DNA of 64,000 nt, from positions 1,155 through 65,154 of the forward strand of contig JAPOQU010000011.1 of assembly GCA_026710545.1 (NCBI GenBank), given 5' to 3'. A model generated the notes under the pieces. That model did no database searches. It saw only the letters and a list, made by a program, of their open reading frames with translations, and was not told the origin of the DNA. Origin of the DNA: Gammaproteobacteria bacterium. Lineage in GTDB: Bacteria > Pseudomonadota > Gammaproteobacteria > Eutrophobiales > Eutrophobiaceae. Below are positions 53,633 through 63,928 of the stretch, one piece after another; position 1 is the stretch's first letter, and the number at the start of each line of letters is the position of its first letter. A program made the translations under genes and the position numbers.

Positions 53633-55288
53633 TCAGTCCAGGTATGTGGGTTCCACGGCCACCCAGGCGGTATGGATAATCTCGGCCAGCCGTCCCGGCA
53701 TCTTTGCCATGGCCACCCTGGACGGCAGCATCATCAGGGTGTTCGGGTGGATGTAGTACACGTCCTCCTGGGTGATCAGGTTCCTGTCGGCATAGACTTC
53801 GCCGCCGGCCTTGTTGATGTCCACGTTCATGCGGTAACGGCTGGCCTGTTTCGTGCCGCTCTGCCGGGCCGCGTATTCGGCAGTTTCAAAGTCATTGGGC
53901 TGGTAGTACAGGGACATCTTGCAGTTGTTCTCCACGCTGTATTCAAGGGCTTCGATGTTGACCAGGCGCCGGTTGACGGATTTCAGGTCGCCCAGGCTCT
54001 GGTAGGCAATGGCGATATGGCAGTCGAAGCCGGTGATGGTCGCCAGCATGTCCCCGAGAATATCGGTGGCGAGGAACTTGACTTCGTCTATGGCTATGAA
54101 CAGGTGACTGGCGCGTTCGCGGCGCCTGTGCATGCGCGTCGCCGCCTGCAGCAGGCACAGCAGGAATACCTGGGTGGCGCGTTTGACAACCGGGTCGGTC
54201 GCCGACGAGCGTACGTACAGGACGGCGTTCTCCCGTAGCACACGCTCGATATCGACTCCCTTGCTGCGTCCGGGCCTCAGTGCGGACAGGGCCAGCAACT
54301 CCCGGGTCAGGTTAGTGACGGTCGGCGGTGGTTTCGTTGAGGCCCTCAGCAGTTTCGGCAAATCAATAAGTTCCCTGTTCCACTTGTCGAACACGGATTC
54401 CAGGAATTCCCGCTCCCCTATCTTGTAGAAATCCGCCGTGTCGCCCCGCTCCGACAGGTTATAGGCGTGCATCAACCGTGTCTTGACCTCCCGCTCGGTG
54501 CCGGTCCTGAACGGCGACCACTTCCCCGGCAGTTCGCCGTTGAAATCCACGGTAACCAGCCGCCTGCCGCTGTCTTCGCAGGCTTTTCGCATTATCCCCA
54601 ATGCGTGCCGGTCCGGCTTGACGTCAAAGAAGACCGTACAAAACCCCTGGCGCACGGACTGGTCCAGTTGCACGCCGAATAACACCCCCTTGCCGCTCTG
54701 GGTGGCGCCTACCATCCGCTGGTTCCACAACTTCCAGTCATCCGCGGCGACGTGCAGGGGAGTGTTGTCCTGGCGCAGTCCCATGAATATGTTCCCGGCC
54801 CGGTAGTATTTCCCGGGCAGGAACTGTTTTTTCCGGAACCGGTCGGCCTCACTGCGTATATCGGAAACCTGGTCGCCGCGTTGCGATACCCGCCTGAATA
54901 TGTACCAGGACGAGAAGCGCGGGTACAGGTAGCGCAGGAATACGACCCGGGTAAGCGCGCCGCCCAGCAGTCCCCCCGCAATCAGGCCCCACATCCTGCC
55001 GGCCTGGTCAATGACGACTATGTTTACTATAGTGCCGGCAGCCGTAAGATCCCCGGTAACACCGGCCGCCAGGAACCACAGGATCAGGGGGAAACCCGGG
55101 AACAACATAAGGAACAGGAGCAGCAGGACCCGGCGCGCGTGCATCAGCAGGTGTTCAGCCGATGTCAGTTCCCTTTCCGATGTCAGCGGCAGGAAGCCGA
55201 TAACGGTATTGGTATAAAGAATTGCGGCAAAGCACACCCAGAACCAGGGGTCGCTCCAGTTTGCCAGTCGGGGCAGAAGATCATCCAT
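53633..55288 (-). CDS. type IV secretion coupling protein (TraD/TraG/VirD4 family)
   Basis: N-terminal TM helices, Walker A MVGATQSGKGV and Walker B HLFIAIDEV. The start is set at MDDLLPRL because the longer ORF (to 55459) overlaps the divergent gene. Confidence 0.7.
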   Translation of the reverse strand: MDDLLPRLANWSDPWFWVCFAAILYTNTVIGFLPLTSERELTSAEHLLMHARRVLLLLFLMLFPGFPLILWFLAAGVTGDLTAAGTIVNIVVIDQAGRMWGLIAGGLLGGALTRVVFLRYLYPRFSSWYIFRRVSQRGDQVSDIRSEADRFRKKQFLPGKYYRAGNIFMGLRQDNTPLHVAADDWKLWNQRMVGATQSGKGVLFGVQLDQSVRQGFCTVFFDVKPDRHALGIMRKACEDSGRRLVTVDFNGELPGKWSPFRTGTEREVKTRLMHAYNLSERGDTADFYKIGEREFLESVFDKWNRELIDLPKLLRASTKPPPTVTNLTRELLALSALRPGRSKGVDIERVLRENAVLYVRSSATDPVVKRATQVFLLCLLQAATRMHRRRERASHLFIAIDEVKFLATDILGDMLATITGFDCHIAIAYQSLGDLKSVNRRLVNIEALEYSVENNCKMSLYYQPNDFETAEYAARQSGTKQASRYRMNVDINKAGGEVYADRNLITQEDVYYIHPNTLMMLPSRVAMAKMPGRLAEIIHTAWVAVEPTYLD

Positions 55289-55418
55289 ATTCCTGTCAGC
55301 CGGCACTCCGTACGCCGGCTTCCTCCTGTTATTTCCATCAGCCTTGAATTTTAGCAGGATTTTTGGGATATTACCCCAAATTTCCAGGAACAGGTATGGA
55401 TATGGATAAAGGACAATC

Positions 55419-56417
55419 ATGTTAACCGCGTTAACCAGCGCCGACTGGGAACTGGTCAAATTCTATCTCTCCCCCATCCAGCCCCTCATGGATAACGACC
55501 AGGTGACCAATATCATGGTCAACCGTTATGACGACATCTGGGCGGACGACCTGGAGCGGGGGATGTATAAAACCACGCTTGCCTTCCCCGATGATGCCGC
55601 GGTCGCCACCTTGATCGAACAGATTGCCAATGCGCTGGCGCAGTATTTCGAACCGGCCCGGACGCCTGTCATCAATGCCCGCCTGCCTGACGGCAGCCGG
55701 GTCTGTGCGACCCTGCCGAGCGCCACGCCTTCAGGTTGTACCTTGTCGATTCGCCTGCACCGGCGCCGCGGTCTCGACCTGGAACACCTGGTAAAGAGCC
55801 ATACCATCGATGCGGCAATGAAAGACGTGTTGCTGGATGCCGTCGAACGCGGCGATAATCTCCTGGTTTCCGGCGCCACCAACAGCGGCAAAACCACCTT
55901 GTTGAATGCCTTGTCCTTTGCCATTCCGCAGCGAGAACGGATCGTGGTCTGTGAGGATGTGACCGAGATCAGGCTCAACGCGCCCAATGCCATACAAATG
56001 GAGGCGCAACGACAAGATCCCGGGGATACTCCCTCTCTCAGCCTCGCAATACTTCTCGCGACCTCCCTGCGCCAGAGACCGGACCGGATCATCGTCGGGG
56101 AGATCAGGGAACCGGATGCCGCCGAGGTGTTCTTCCAGGCGCTGAATACGGGCCACCGCGGCGTGTACACGACAATACATGCGAACAACGCCAGGGCCGC
56201 GCTCAAGCGCCTCGTCAGCCTGACAATGGGCAGTTCAACATTGCCTTTCGAGGTGATCGAAGCCGAATACCTGCACAACCTGGACCTGGTTCTGCACATG
56301 GACTACCTTGAAGCCAGGGGGGTCAGGCGCCTGACGGAGATATGCGTTGTCGAGGCGGGAGAGTTGCTGCCCCGTTACGTTTACGACGCGGCTGATGATG
56401 CATGGCAGGAGAAGTGA
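55419..56417 (+). CDS. VirB11/TrbB/CpaF-family secretion ATPase
   Basis: Walker A LVSGATNSGKTTLLNAL, Walker B RIIVGEIR and His box TTIHAN. Confidence 0.8.
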   Translation: MLTALTSADWELVKFYLSPIQPLMDNDQVTNIMVNRYDDIWADDLERGMYKTTLAFPDDAAVATLIEQIANALAQYFEPARTPVINARLPDGSRVCATLPSATPSGCTLSIRLHRRRGLDLEHLVKSHTIDAAMKDVLLDAVERGDNLLVSGATNSGKTTLLNALSFAIPQRERIVVCEDVTEIRLNAPNAIQMEAQRQDPGDTPSLSLAILLATSLRQRPDRIIVGEIREPDAAEVFFQALNTGHRGVYTTIHANNARAALKRLVSLTMGSSTLPFEVIEAEYLHNLDLVLHMDYLEARGVRRLTEICVVEAGELLPRYVYDAADDAWQEK

Positions 56418-56433
56418 GTTGAAAATGCCGGCA

Positions 56434-56506
56434 TCGTCGTGCCGTTGGAAGTGATTCCGTCTGCGCAGGGCCGCCCCCCGCGCAAGCAGGGGAATGACGA
56501 TAGCGT
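56434..56506. repeat. REP-like element
   Basis: CCCCGCGCAAGCAGGGGAATGACGATAGCG carries the shared CGCGCAAGC(G/A)GGG...ATGACG core. Confidence 0.6.
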
Positions 56507-56555
56507 GGATACTGCGGTATACTGTGCGTTTGACTGTCAACCTTAGTCCCTGCCG

Positions 56556-57968
56556 ATGGCAACCGAGAAAAACACAGTAAAGCCCTGGGGCGGGCGGTTC
56601 AGCGAAGATACGGACCGGTTCGTGGAGGAGTTTACCCAATCCGTGTCTTTCGACCGGCGCCTGGCCCCTTACGACATTCAGGGCTCTATCGCCCACGTGG
56701 CGATGCTCGCGCGCGTCGGCGTGTTGACGGAGGACGAATCCGGGCAAATCAGCGGCGGGCTGAGCGCCATCCTGTCCGAGATTGAGGCTGGAAAATTCAC
56801 CTGGCGGCAGGAACTGGAAGACGTCCACATGAATATCGAGGCTGCGCTGGTCGAGCGGGTCGGTGAAGTCGGAAAAAAAGTGCATACCGGCCGCTCGCGT
56901 AACGACCAGGTCGCTACGGACCTGCGCCTGTTCCTGCGTGCCGAAGTGGATAACATCCAGTCATTATTACTGCAGAATATGGATACTCTGGTCACACTGG
57001 CCGAGCAGGAGTCCGCCAGTCTGATGCCGGGGTATACACACCTGCAAGCGGCGCAACCGATCACGTTCGGCCACCATATACTGGCCTGGTACGAAATGTT
57101 GAAGCGGGACCGGCAACGGCTCGGGGATTGCCTGGAACGCATCAACGTGTTGCCGCTGGGAGCTGCGGCGCTCGCCGGTACGCGCTTTCCCATAGACCGA
57201 TCGGTGAGCGCCGATCTGCTGGGGTTTTCTGCGCTGGCGGGAAATTCGATCGATGCCGTGAGCGACCGGGATTTCATCATCGAGTTCTGTGCCGCCGCAG
57301 CGCTTATCATGCTGCACTTGTCCCGGTTTTCCGAAGAATTGATTCTGTGGTTGTCACCGGGGTTCGGCTTCATCGATATCGACGATGCGTTCTGTACCGG
57401 TTCCTCCATCATGCCGCAAAAGAAGAACCCGGACGTGGCGGAACTGGTGCGCGGCAAGACCGGCCGGGTTTATGGTGACCTGATGACCATGCTGACCATC
57501 ATGAAGGGGCAGCCGCTGGCTTACAACCGCGATAACCAGGAAGACAAGGAAAGCCTGTTCGACGCGGTGGATACGGTCAAGCTGTGCCTAGAGGCTTACC
57601 TGGGCCTGGTTCCCTCCATACGGGTCAATCGCAAGGCCATGCTGGCTGCCGCGCAGAAAGGCTACCTGACCGCAACAGACCTGGCGGATTACTTGGTCAT
57701 GAAGGGCGTACCGTTCCGGGAGGCGCATGCTGTTGTCGGCAATCTCGTCCAGTATGCCATCCGGCAGGGAAGCGAGATGGAAGACCTTGAACTGTCCGAA
57801 CTCAAGCAATTCCACGAGGGGATTGAAGCCGACGTATACGATTACCTGACGCTGCAGGGTTCCGTTTCAGCCCGGGACCATGCAGGCGGGACCGCCCCCG
57901 CCAGGGTCCGGGAGGCCGTAGCCGAGGCGCGCCGTTACCTCGCTACGCTCACTGCCGATGATGGCTGA
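56556..57968 (+). CDS. argH: argininosuccinate lyase
   Basis: WGGRFSE..., the fumarate-lyase signature [12 protein letters not shown], and a 470-aa length. Confidence 0.95.
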   Translation: MATEKNTVKPWGGRFSEDTDRFVEEFTQSVSFDRRLAPYDIQGSIAHVAMLARVGVLTEDESGQISGGLSAILSEIEAGKFTWRQELEDVHMNIEAALVERVGEVGKKVHTGRSRNDQVATDLRLFLRAEVDNIQSLLLQNMDTLVTLAEQESASLMPGYTHLQAAQPITFGHHILAWYEMLKRDRQRLGDCLERINVLPLGAAALAGTRFPIDRSVSADLLGFSALAGNSIDAVSDRDFIIEFCAAAALIMLHLSRFSEELILWLSPGFGFIDIDDAFCTGSSIMPQKKNPDVAELVRGKTGRVYGDLMTMLTIMKGQPLAYNRDNQEDKESLFDAVDTVKLCLEAYLGLVPSIRVNRKAMLAAAQKGYLTATDLADYLVMKGVPFREAHAVVGNLVQYAIRQGSEMEDLELSELKQFHEGIEADVYDYLTLQGSVSARDHAGGTAPARVREAVAEARRYLATLTADDG

Positions 57969-58033
57969 AGTTCAATATTCCTGATTTCCCATCGGGATCT
58001 GCTGACTGCGCGCTTGCTACCCCTGGCGGATTG

Positions 58034-60172
58034 ATGAACCTCCTGAAGAACCTGGTGAAACTGCTGTTCTGGCTGGCCGGTCTTGCCGTTATCGCGGCCG
58101 CGGCTGCGGTTATCCTGGTCTCGACTATCGATCCCAATGAGCACAAGGACTGGATCACGGCCAGGATCCAGGATGAGACGGGCCGCAGCATCACCCTGGA
58201 CGGGCCGCTGGCCATCACCTTGTACCCCTGGCTGGGGGTGGAAGCCCAACAGGTCAGTGTTGCCAATGCCGAAGGGTTCGGCGCCGAACCGTTAGCCTAC
58301 CTGGACTACGTCAAGCTGCGTGTCAGGACACTCCCGCTGTTACGCGAGGAATACGAGGTGGATACGATTGCCGTTAAGGGCGCCGTTCTTAACCTGGCCC
58401 GCAACGGGCAAGGCAGCGCAAACTGGGATGACCTCGACGGTGTGGACGAAGCCGCTGGCGCGGCAGGTGACGAGGCGCTGCTGCCCCTGGCTGCAGTTGC
58501 CCTGGGCGGCGTCGCCATCGAAGACGCCAGGATCGTCCTTGACGATCAGCAGGATGGAGTGCGCTACGAAGTGTCCGGCCTCGACGTATCGACGGCTGAA
58601 CTGAAATACGGTGAACCCGTTGATGTCAACCTGAATTTCCGCGGCAGCAGCAACAAACCGGCGCTGGAAGCCGTTGTGGCATTGGCCGGCAACATCACCT
58701 ATGCAACCGATGGACAACAGTTTGCCATCGCTCCGCTGGACATCAATGCCGAAATCGAGGGTGGGAACATCCCCGGCGGGAGGACCTCGGCGCGGTTGTC
58801 GGCCACGCTGGACGTGAACCTGGATGAGGAGACGCTGGTCCTGGACAGGTTTACCCTGGAGGGTCTGGGACTTGAGACTTCAGGCAACGTCGAGGTAAAC
58901 GATATTTTCGCCGACCCTGCCGCCAGCGGCGAGCTGGAGGTCCTGCCTTTCAACCTACGCCGGCTTGCGCGGCAACTCAAACAGGAACTGCCCGCAACTC
59001 AGGGCGATGACACCTTTACCAGGGTGTCCCTGGCCGGCCGCTTTGACCGGACCGCGCACGGCCTGAACCTGGACCAACTGGAACTGCAGTTGGATGATAC
59101 GCGCCTGACCGGCGAGTTCATGCTGGACAACGAGGCATCCGGACCAGTTGTGCAATTCGACCTGGACATTGATCAAATCGACCTGGACCGTTACCTGCCG
59201 CCTGCATCGACGAAAGCCGGCAGGCTTGCCGCGGTTCCCGTAGTCGCAGCCGCTTATGCGGATATGGATGGCGATGTGAATATCGACAGGCTGATTGTCG
59301 CAGATGCGCGTCTTGACGGGTTCAGGTTACACCTGAAAGCGCGCAACGGCGTGGTGCAGGCGGAGCCGTTGGCAGCTGCCCTGTACGAAGGCAGGTTGTC
59401 CGCCGATATCAGCCTGGACACGAACCCGACCGTGCCGGTGCTCACGCTCAACGCGAACCTGGCGGATATCCAGGCCGAACCTCTGCTCATGGACGTAAAA
59501 GGCAAGGCGCGCCTGCGCGGAAGGGGGAATTTCAGCGCCGCATTGACTGCGGAGGGAGCAAGCATCGCCGCCATGAAACGCAGCCTGGAAGGCGCGCTGA
59601 GCCTGACATTTACCGAAGGCGCTATTGCCGGATTCAACCTGGGCCGGGCACTGCGCCAGTGGAAACAGTTCAGCAAGGGCAGGATTGTGAACCTGGAGGA
59701 AACCGCGGCTACCGATTTCACCGAATTCTCCGGCAATCCCGTGGCAAGAAACGGCATAATCCGGATGGATGACCTGGTTCTGAAGGCGCCGGCATTTCGC
59801 CTGCAGGGCGCGGGCGTACTGGCGAACCTGCATACCGATACCATCGACTACCAGGCAGTGGCGACGGTCGTCAACACCGCCAAAGGCGCCGGCGCAAAAG
59901 AACTGGCCGACCTGGAAGGACTGCAACTGCCCCTCAAGGTTGAGGGCGCCCTTGATGACCCGAAAATAAGACTGGCCTGGGAAGACATACTGTCCGGGTT
60001 GCTGATAGAGAAGGTCCTGGATGTTCTCGATTTGCCGCTACCCGGCCGGGAACAGCCCGAAGCTTCGGAAACTGACACAGAAACGGAAGAGGAATCCGAT
60101 TTTGACCCGGTTAAAGAGTTACTGAAAGAGGGTCTTAAAGAAGGGTTGAAAGGCATTTTCAAGAAAAACTGA
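58034..60172 (+). CDS. asmA: AsmA-family outer-membrane biogenesis protein
   Basis: N-terminal anchor helix, a long beta-rich repetitive body and a C-terminal acidic tail. Its size and pattern fit AsmA. Confidence 0.7.
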   Translation: MNLLKNLVKLLFWLAGLAVIAAAAAVILVSTIDPNEHKDWITARIQDETGRSITLDGPLAITLYPWLGVEAQQVSVANAEGFGAEPLAYLDYVKLRVRTLPLLREEYEVDTIAVKGAVLNLARNGQGSANWDDLDGVDEAAGAAGDEALLPLAAVALGGVAIEDARIVLDDQQDGVRYEVSGLDVSTAELKYGEPVDVNLNFRGSSNKPALEAVVALAGNITYATDGQQFAIAPLDINAEIEGGNIPGGRTSARLSATLDVNLDEETLVLDRFTLEGLGLETSGNVEVNDIFADPAASGELEVLPFNLRRLARQLKQELPATQGDDTFTRVSLAGRFDRTAHGLNLDQLELQLDDTRLTGEFMLDNEASGPVVQFDLDIDQIDLDRYLPPASTKAGRLAAVPVVAAAYADMDGDVNIDRLIVADARLDGFRLHLKARNGVVQAEPLAAALYEGRLSADISLDTNPTVPVLTLNANLADIQAEPLLMDVKGKARLRGRGNFSAALTAEGASIAAMKRSLEGALSLTFTEGAIAGFNLGRALRQWKQFSKGRIVNLEETAATDFTEFSGNPVARNGIIRMDDLVLKAPAFRLQGAGVLANLHTDTIDYQAVATVVNTAKGAGAKELADLEGLQLPLKVEGALDDPKIRLAWEDILSGLLIEKVLDVLDLPLPGREQPEASETDTETEEESDFDPVKELLKEGLKEGLKGIFKKN

Positions 60173-60187
60173 CTTATAATTGAAAAC

Positions 60188-60757
60188 ATGCGCCTGTTAT
60201 TATTACTCTACCTGGCTTTCTACGGCATCTCGTCAAGCGCCGGCGAGATAAAATCTGCAAACGTCGAGCACAAGGGCAAAGATTACCGGTTGGACCTCGT
60301 CATGGAGATCGAGGCCGGACGGGAGGGGATCGTGGCGCTCCTGATGGACCACGAAAATTTCAAACAACTCAGCGAAGTAATGCTCGAATCGGGTCTGGTT
60401 GACGATGCGCCCGAGGACAAGACCCGGCGCCGGCTCGTCGTCAAAACCTGCATCGTGTTCTTCTGTTTCAAGGTCGTAATGGTGGAAGATATTGAACGGC
60501 CTTTCGACGATAGACTCCTGGCAATCATGGTCCCGGAACAAAGTGATTTCAAGTACGGCAGGACGGAATGGCAGATCGAGCCGCTCGGTCCGGGCCGCAG
60601 TGAGATTAACTATAGTTTCCACCTACGGCCTGATTTCTGGATACCGCCCGCAATCGGCCCGTTTTTTATCAAGCGCAAAATGGTCAGGGAAGCCAAGGAA
60701 AGCATTCTTAAAATGGAGAGCCTGGCCGCCGGCGCTTACAGCGAGGGGACGAGATAG
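60188..60757 (+). CDS. SRPBCC/START-like secreted protein
   Basis: Signal peptide plus a domain of about 150 aa whose pattern resembles polyketide-cyclase/SRPBCC folds. Weak call. Confidence 0.4.
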   Translation: MRLLLLLYLAFYGISSSAGEIKSANVEHKGKDYRLDLVMEIEAGREGIVALLMDHENFKQLSEVMLESGLVDDAPEDKTRRRLVVKTCIVFFCFKVVMVEDIERPFDDRLLAIMVPEQSDFKYGRTEWQIEPLGPGRSEINYSFHLRPDFWIPPAIGPFFIKRKMVREAKESILKMESLAAGAYSEGTR

Positions 60758-60771
60758 ATATCCGGAGATTT

Positions 60772-60841
60772 GGGGCCAGAGCAAAATTCATCAATACCTG
60801 TATTCCAACCACCCACATCAGATGAATTTTACTCTCACCCC
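60772..60841. repeat. imperfect inverted repeat of the GGGG(T/C)CAGAG(T/C)AAAA family
   Basis: GGGGCCAGAGCAAAATTCATC ... GATGAATTTTACTCTCACCCC (3 mismatches). Confidence 0.7.
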
Positions 60842-60869
60842 AAACATCAAGCATCCTGACTGAGCGCTG

Positions 60870-61934
60870 ATGCCTGAGCTTGCCGCTGCATTACTGCCCT
60901 GGTTCAAACTGCACGGCCGGCATGATCTCCCCTGGCAGCAGGAACCCGGTCCATACCGTGTCTGGGTCTCCGAGATCATGTTGCAGCAGACCCAGGTGAA
61001 AACCGTGATACCTTATTTCAACCGCTTTGTTGAGCGGTTCCCGGATACCCGCGCCCTGGCCGATGCGCCCCTGGACCAGGTGCTGCATCTCTGGACCGGA
61101 CTGGGGTATTACGCCCGGGCCAGGAATCTGCACCGGGCCGCGCAGGTTATCGTGCGCGATTTCGCCGGCAGCCTGCCTCCTGACCTGGATGCATTGATGG
61201 ACTTGCCCGGCATCGGGCGTTCGACCGCAGGGGCCATACTCGTCCTTGGCCATGGCCGGCGCGCTCCCATTCTCGACGGCAACGTAAAACGGGTGCTGAC
61301 CCGCTGCTATGGAATATACGGATGGCCGGGCCGCAGAGAGGTGAACGAACGCCTGTGGGAACTGGCCGAACGGGAGACTCCGCACCGGGAAACGGCGGCC
61401 TACACCCAGGCGATCATGGACCTGGGCGCTACGGTCTGTACCCGTTCGAAGCCGCGTTGCGCCGCTTGCCCCCTGGTATCGGCTTGCCACGCGCACCGGT
61501 ATGGTGAGCAACCACTGTTGCCGACCGGGAAAGCAAAAAAATCGCTGCCGGTACGGCAGGTCATATTTGCCCTGCTGGAAAACGAACAGGGAGAAGTCCT
61601 GCTGCAAAAGCGCCCCCCTGCCGGTGTCTGGGGAGGGTTATGGAGTTTTCCCGAATACCGATCACAAGAGGAACTCTCGGGCTGGATAAGCTCGCGGGCC
61701 TCCCTGGTTTCGGATGAAATGACGACGCTGCCGCAGCTGCGCCATAGTTTCAGTCACTTTCATCTCGATATCACCCCGGTCAGGGGCATGATACGGGATA
61801 AGACTGTTACAATAGGGGATAATGAAACTTACCTATGGTATGCGCCGGAACACGGGCCGGAGATTGGCATGGCCGCGCCGGTGAAGGCATTGATCCGGGA
61901 TTTCTGGGGTCAGAGTAAAAATATTCACAGGTAA
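60870..61934 (+). CDS. mutY: A/G-specific adenine DNA glycosylase
   Basis: LPWQQ..PYRVWVSEIMLQQTQV, the HhH-GPD segment LPGIGRSTAGAIL, the Fe-S cluster CxxxxxxCxxCxxxxxC and a C-terminal NUDIX-like domain. Confidence 0.9.
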   Translation: MPELAAALLPWFKLHGRHDLPWQQEPGPYRVWVSEIMLQQTQVKTVIPYFNRFVERFPDTRALADAPLDQVLHLWTGLGYYARARNLHRAAQVIVRDFAGSLPPDLDALMDLPGIGRSTAGAILVLGHGRRAPILDGNVKRVLTRCYGIYGWPGRREVNERLWELAERETPHRETAAYTQAIMDLGATVCTRSKPRCAACPLVSACHAHRYGEQPLLPTGKAKKSLPVRQVIFALLENEQGEVLLQKRPPAGVWGGLWSFPEYRSQEELSGWISSRASLVSDEMTTLPQLRHSFSHFHLDITPVRGMIRDKTVTIGDNETYLWYAPEHGPEIGMAAPVKALIRDFWGQSKNIHR

Positions 61935-62069
61935 ACTGCGCCGGCTGGTTGTTGAATATTTTTACTCTGACCCCAAACTCTCATGATCAGGTCTCTGCAC
62001 ACCCCGACGGCATGTAACTCAGCTTGCTGGGGACAGAATTAATTCTGTCCCCGAATTTACACAGCAAAT
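61906..62069. repeat. perfect 21-bp-arm hairpin + 99-bp conserved element (copy B)
   Basis: The arms are GGGGTCAGAGTAAAAATATTC (61906..61926, inside the last mutY codons) and GAATATTTTTACTCTGACCCC (61954..61974). The 99-bp unit follows at 61971..62069. Confidence 0.9.
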
Positions 62070-62095
62070 AGTTTATACACAGGAGAGAAACCGAC

Positions 62096-62368
62096 ATGAC
62101 ACGAAGCGTCAACTGCATAAAACTGGACCGGGAAGGGGAAGGGCTGGTTGCGCCACCCTATCCGGGCGATCTGGGCAAACGCATCTATGAAAACGTCTCG
62201 AAGGAAGCCTGGCAGATGTGGCTGTCACACCAGACCATGCTGATCAACGAATACCGCCTGACCCCGTTCGAACCGAAGGCGCGAACGTTCCTGGAAGAGG
62301 AAATGGAGAAATTCTTCTTCGGCGACGGTTCGGAGAAACCGAAGGAGTTCGTACCTCTCAGTTCTTAA
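62096..62368 (+). CDS. yggX: Fe(II)-trafficking / oxidative-damage protection protein YggX
   Basis: [10 protein letters not shown]...[32 protein letters not shown]. It occupies the classical position downstream of mutY. Confidence 0.85.
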   Translation: MTRSVNCIKLDREGEGLVAPPYPGDLGKRIYENVSKEAWQMWLSHQTMLINEYRLTPFEPKARTFLEEEMEKFFFGDGSEKPKEFVPLSS

Positions 62369-63725
62369 CCTGTTCCCCCTGCACCCAGACCCGGGTGATA
62401 TTGCGGCGTTCGGCGTTGTAGACAATTTTCTGCAATATATCGTCGCCGGTATCCATCTCTTCCCAGATGATGAGATTGGTATCGGCTACCGAGGTATCGA
62501 CGACTATGGCGTCGAACGCGTAATCCTTCAGGAACTTGCCCACTTTCAGGCCGAGCGCCTCGCCCCCTCCCGCCGTTGCCATCCAGAAGGCCTCGCGGAA
62601 ATCGATCCGGGCGCCGGGCGTGCCGCGTTCGGTTGCTCCCAGATCTGCATTGACGCCATCCTCCCGCGCACGGGATGCGGTGACCGCCATTTCACAGTTA
62701 TGCAGGATGCCGGGGTTGGCCCCGCCCGCTATGTCCGTGCCCAGTCCGACCTGTAACTCCCGGTCCAGCGCTTCGCGCGCCGGAAAGACCGCGTTCGAGA
62801 AATACAGGTTCGACAACGGACAGTGCGAAATACCGGTTTCTCTTTCCTTGATGACCCCCATGTCATCGTCATCGATGAAGTTGCAATGGGCCAGTACCGT
62901 CTGCGGGGTCAGCAGGCCGAACCCGTCCAGGCTCAGGGTATCGGTTTTTCCGCAACGCTCCAGGACGTACGCATGCTCCCAATCGCCTTCGGAACAATGG
63001 GTCTGGACATGGCAACCGGTGCGCGTTGCAATTTCGCCCAGTCCCTGCAGCATTTCGTCCGTACAACTGGGAATAAATCTCGGGGTGACGACGGGCAGGA
63101 CCAGTCCATGGCTGTTGCCGGGCATACCCTGCACCTGTTCTATGAAGTTCTGCGTGTCATCGAGCCCCTGCCCGGTACTGGCGTCCCGGTAATAGTCCGG
63201 GCATTGATCAGGGTTATCCATGGCGATCTTGCCGACCAGGGCCCGCTGCCCCTTCTCCAGGCAAATCTCTGCCAGGCGTGTTGATGCCTCCAGGTGTATC
63301 GTGGCGTAGTACATCGCCGTCGTCGTTCCGTTGGCGACCAGGGTATGGACGAGGTTTTCGTAAACACGCCGGGCAAAATCCGTATCGGCGTACCTGGCCT
63401 CCAGGGGAAACGTGTAGTTCATCAGCCATTCGTCCAGCGGCCGGTCCAGCGCCTTGCCGAGTTGCGGCCATTGCGGCGCATGGACGTGGGTGTCCACCAG
63501 GCCGGGCAACAGGTACTCCCCGGCTGACAGCACCTCCAGCTTGCCGGCCTCTCTCGCCATGTGTTCCAGTTTTCCGTAGTCCGGCTGACCGGGGCCGGAC
63601 ACCGCGGCGACCCGGCCCCCGTTGTCCACTGCGATTAATGCATCTTGCAGTACTTCAATATCACCGGCGGCCGGCGCATGTATCAGGGTGCCGCGTAGCG
63701 CGAGCTTTATCTCTTCTTGTGTCAT
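62358..63725 (-). CDS. guaD: guanine deaminase-like amidohydrolase
   Basis: [18 protein letters not shown]...[13 protein letters not shown]...GTTTAMYY is the typical guanine deaminase N-terminal pattern. Confidence 0.65.
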   Translation of the reverse strand: MTQEEIKLALRGTLIHAPAAGDIEVLQDALIAVDNGGRVAAVSGPGQPDYGKLEHMAREAGKLEVLSAGEYLLPGLVDTHVHAPQWPQLGKALDRPLDEWLMNYTFPLEARYADTDFARRVYENLVHTLVANGTTTAMYYATIHLEASTRLAEICLEKGQRALVGKIAMDNPDQCPDYYRDASTGQGLDDTQNFIEQVQGMPGNSHGLVLPVVTPRFIPSCTDEMLQGLGEIATRTGCHVQTHCSEGDWEHAYVLERCGKTDTLSLDGFGLLTPQTVLAHCNFIDDDDMGVIKERETGISHCPLSNLYFSNAVFPAREALDRELQVGLGTDIAGGANPGILHNCEMAVTASRAREDGVNADLGATERGTPGARIDFREAFWMATAGGGEALGLKVGKFLKDYAFDAIVVDTSVADTNLIIWEEMDTGDDILQKIVYNAERRNITRVWVQGEQVKN

Positions 63726-63928
63726 GGCGTTGTGTCCCCTTCGTATCAGGATGAACGGCGCCAGGCGATCCAGGCCGTTCTTTTCTGTGCATTATGCTTT
63801 CCCGGTACGCCAGTTTACCAGCACCCCGCCTGCTGGTTAACAATCTCCCGCTTGACGGGGAACGCGGAGTCGGATTTAATACATGCCTTTATTTCACGCC
63901 GCCTTATCAGCGGCGCTCCCACCGCTAT

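Noticed and set aside
55289-55459. 57-codon N-terminal extension of the coupling-protein ORF
   Set aside because: It would overlap the divergently transcribed VirB11-like gene start by 41 nt. The internal Met at 55288 precedes the first TM segment and is the more plausible start.
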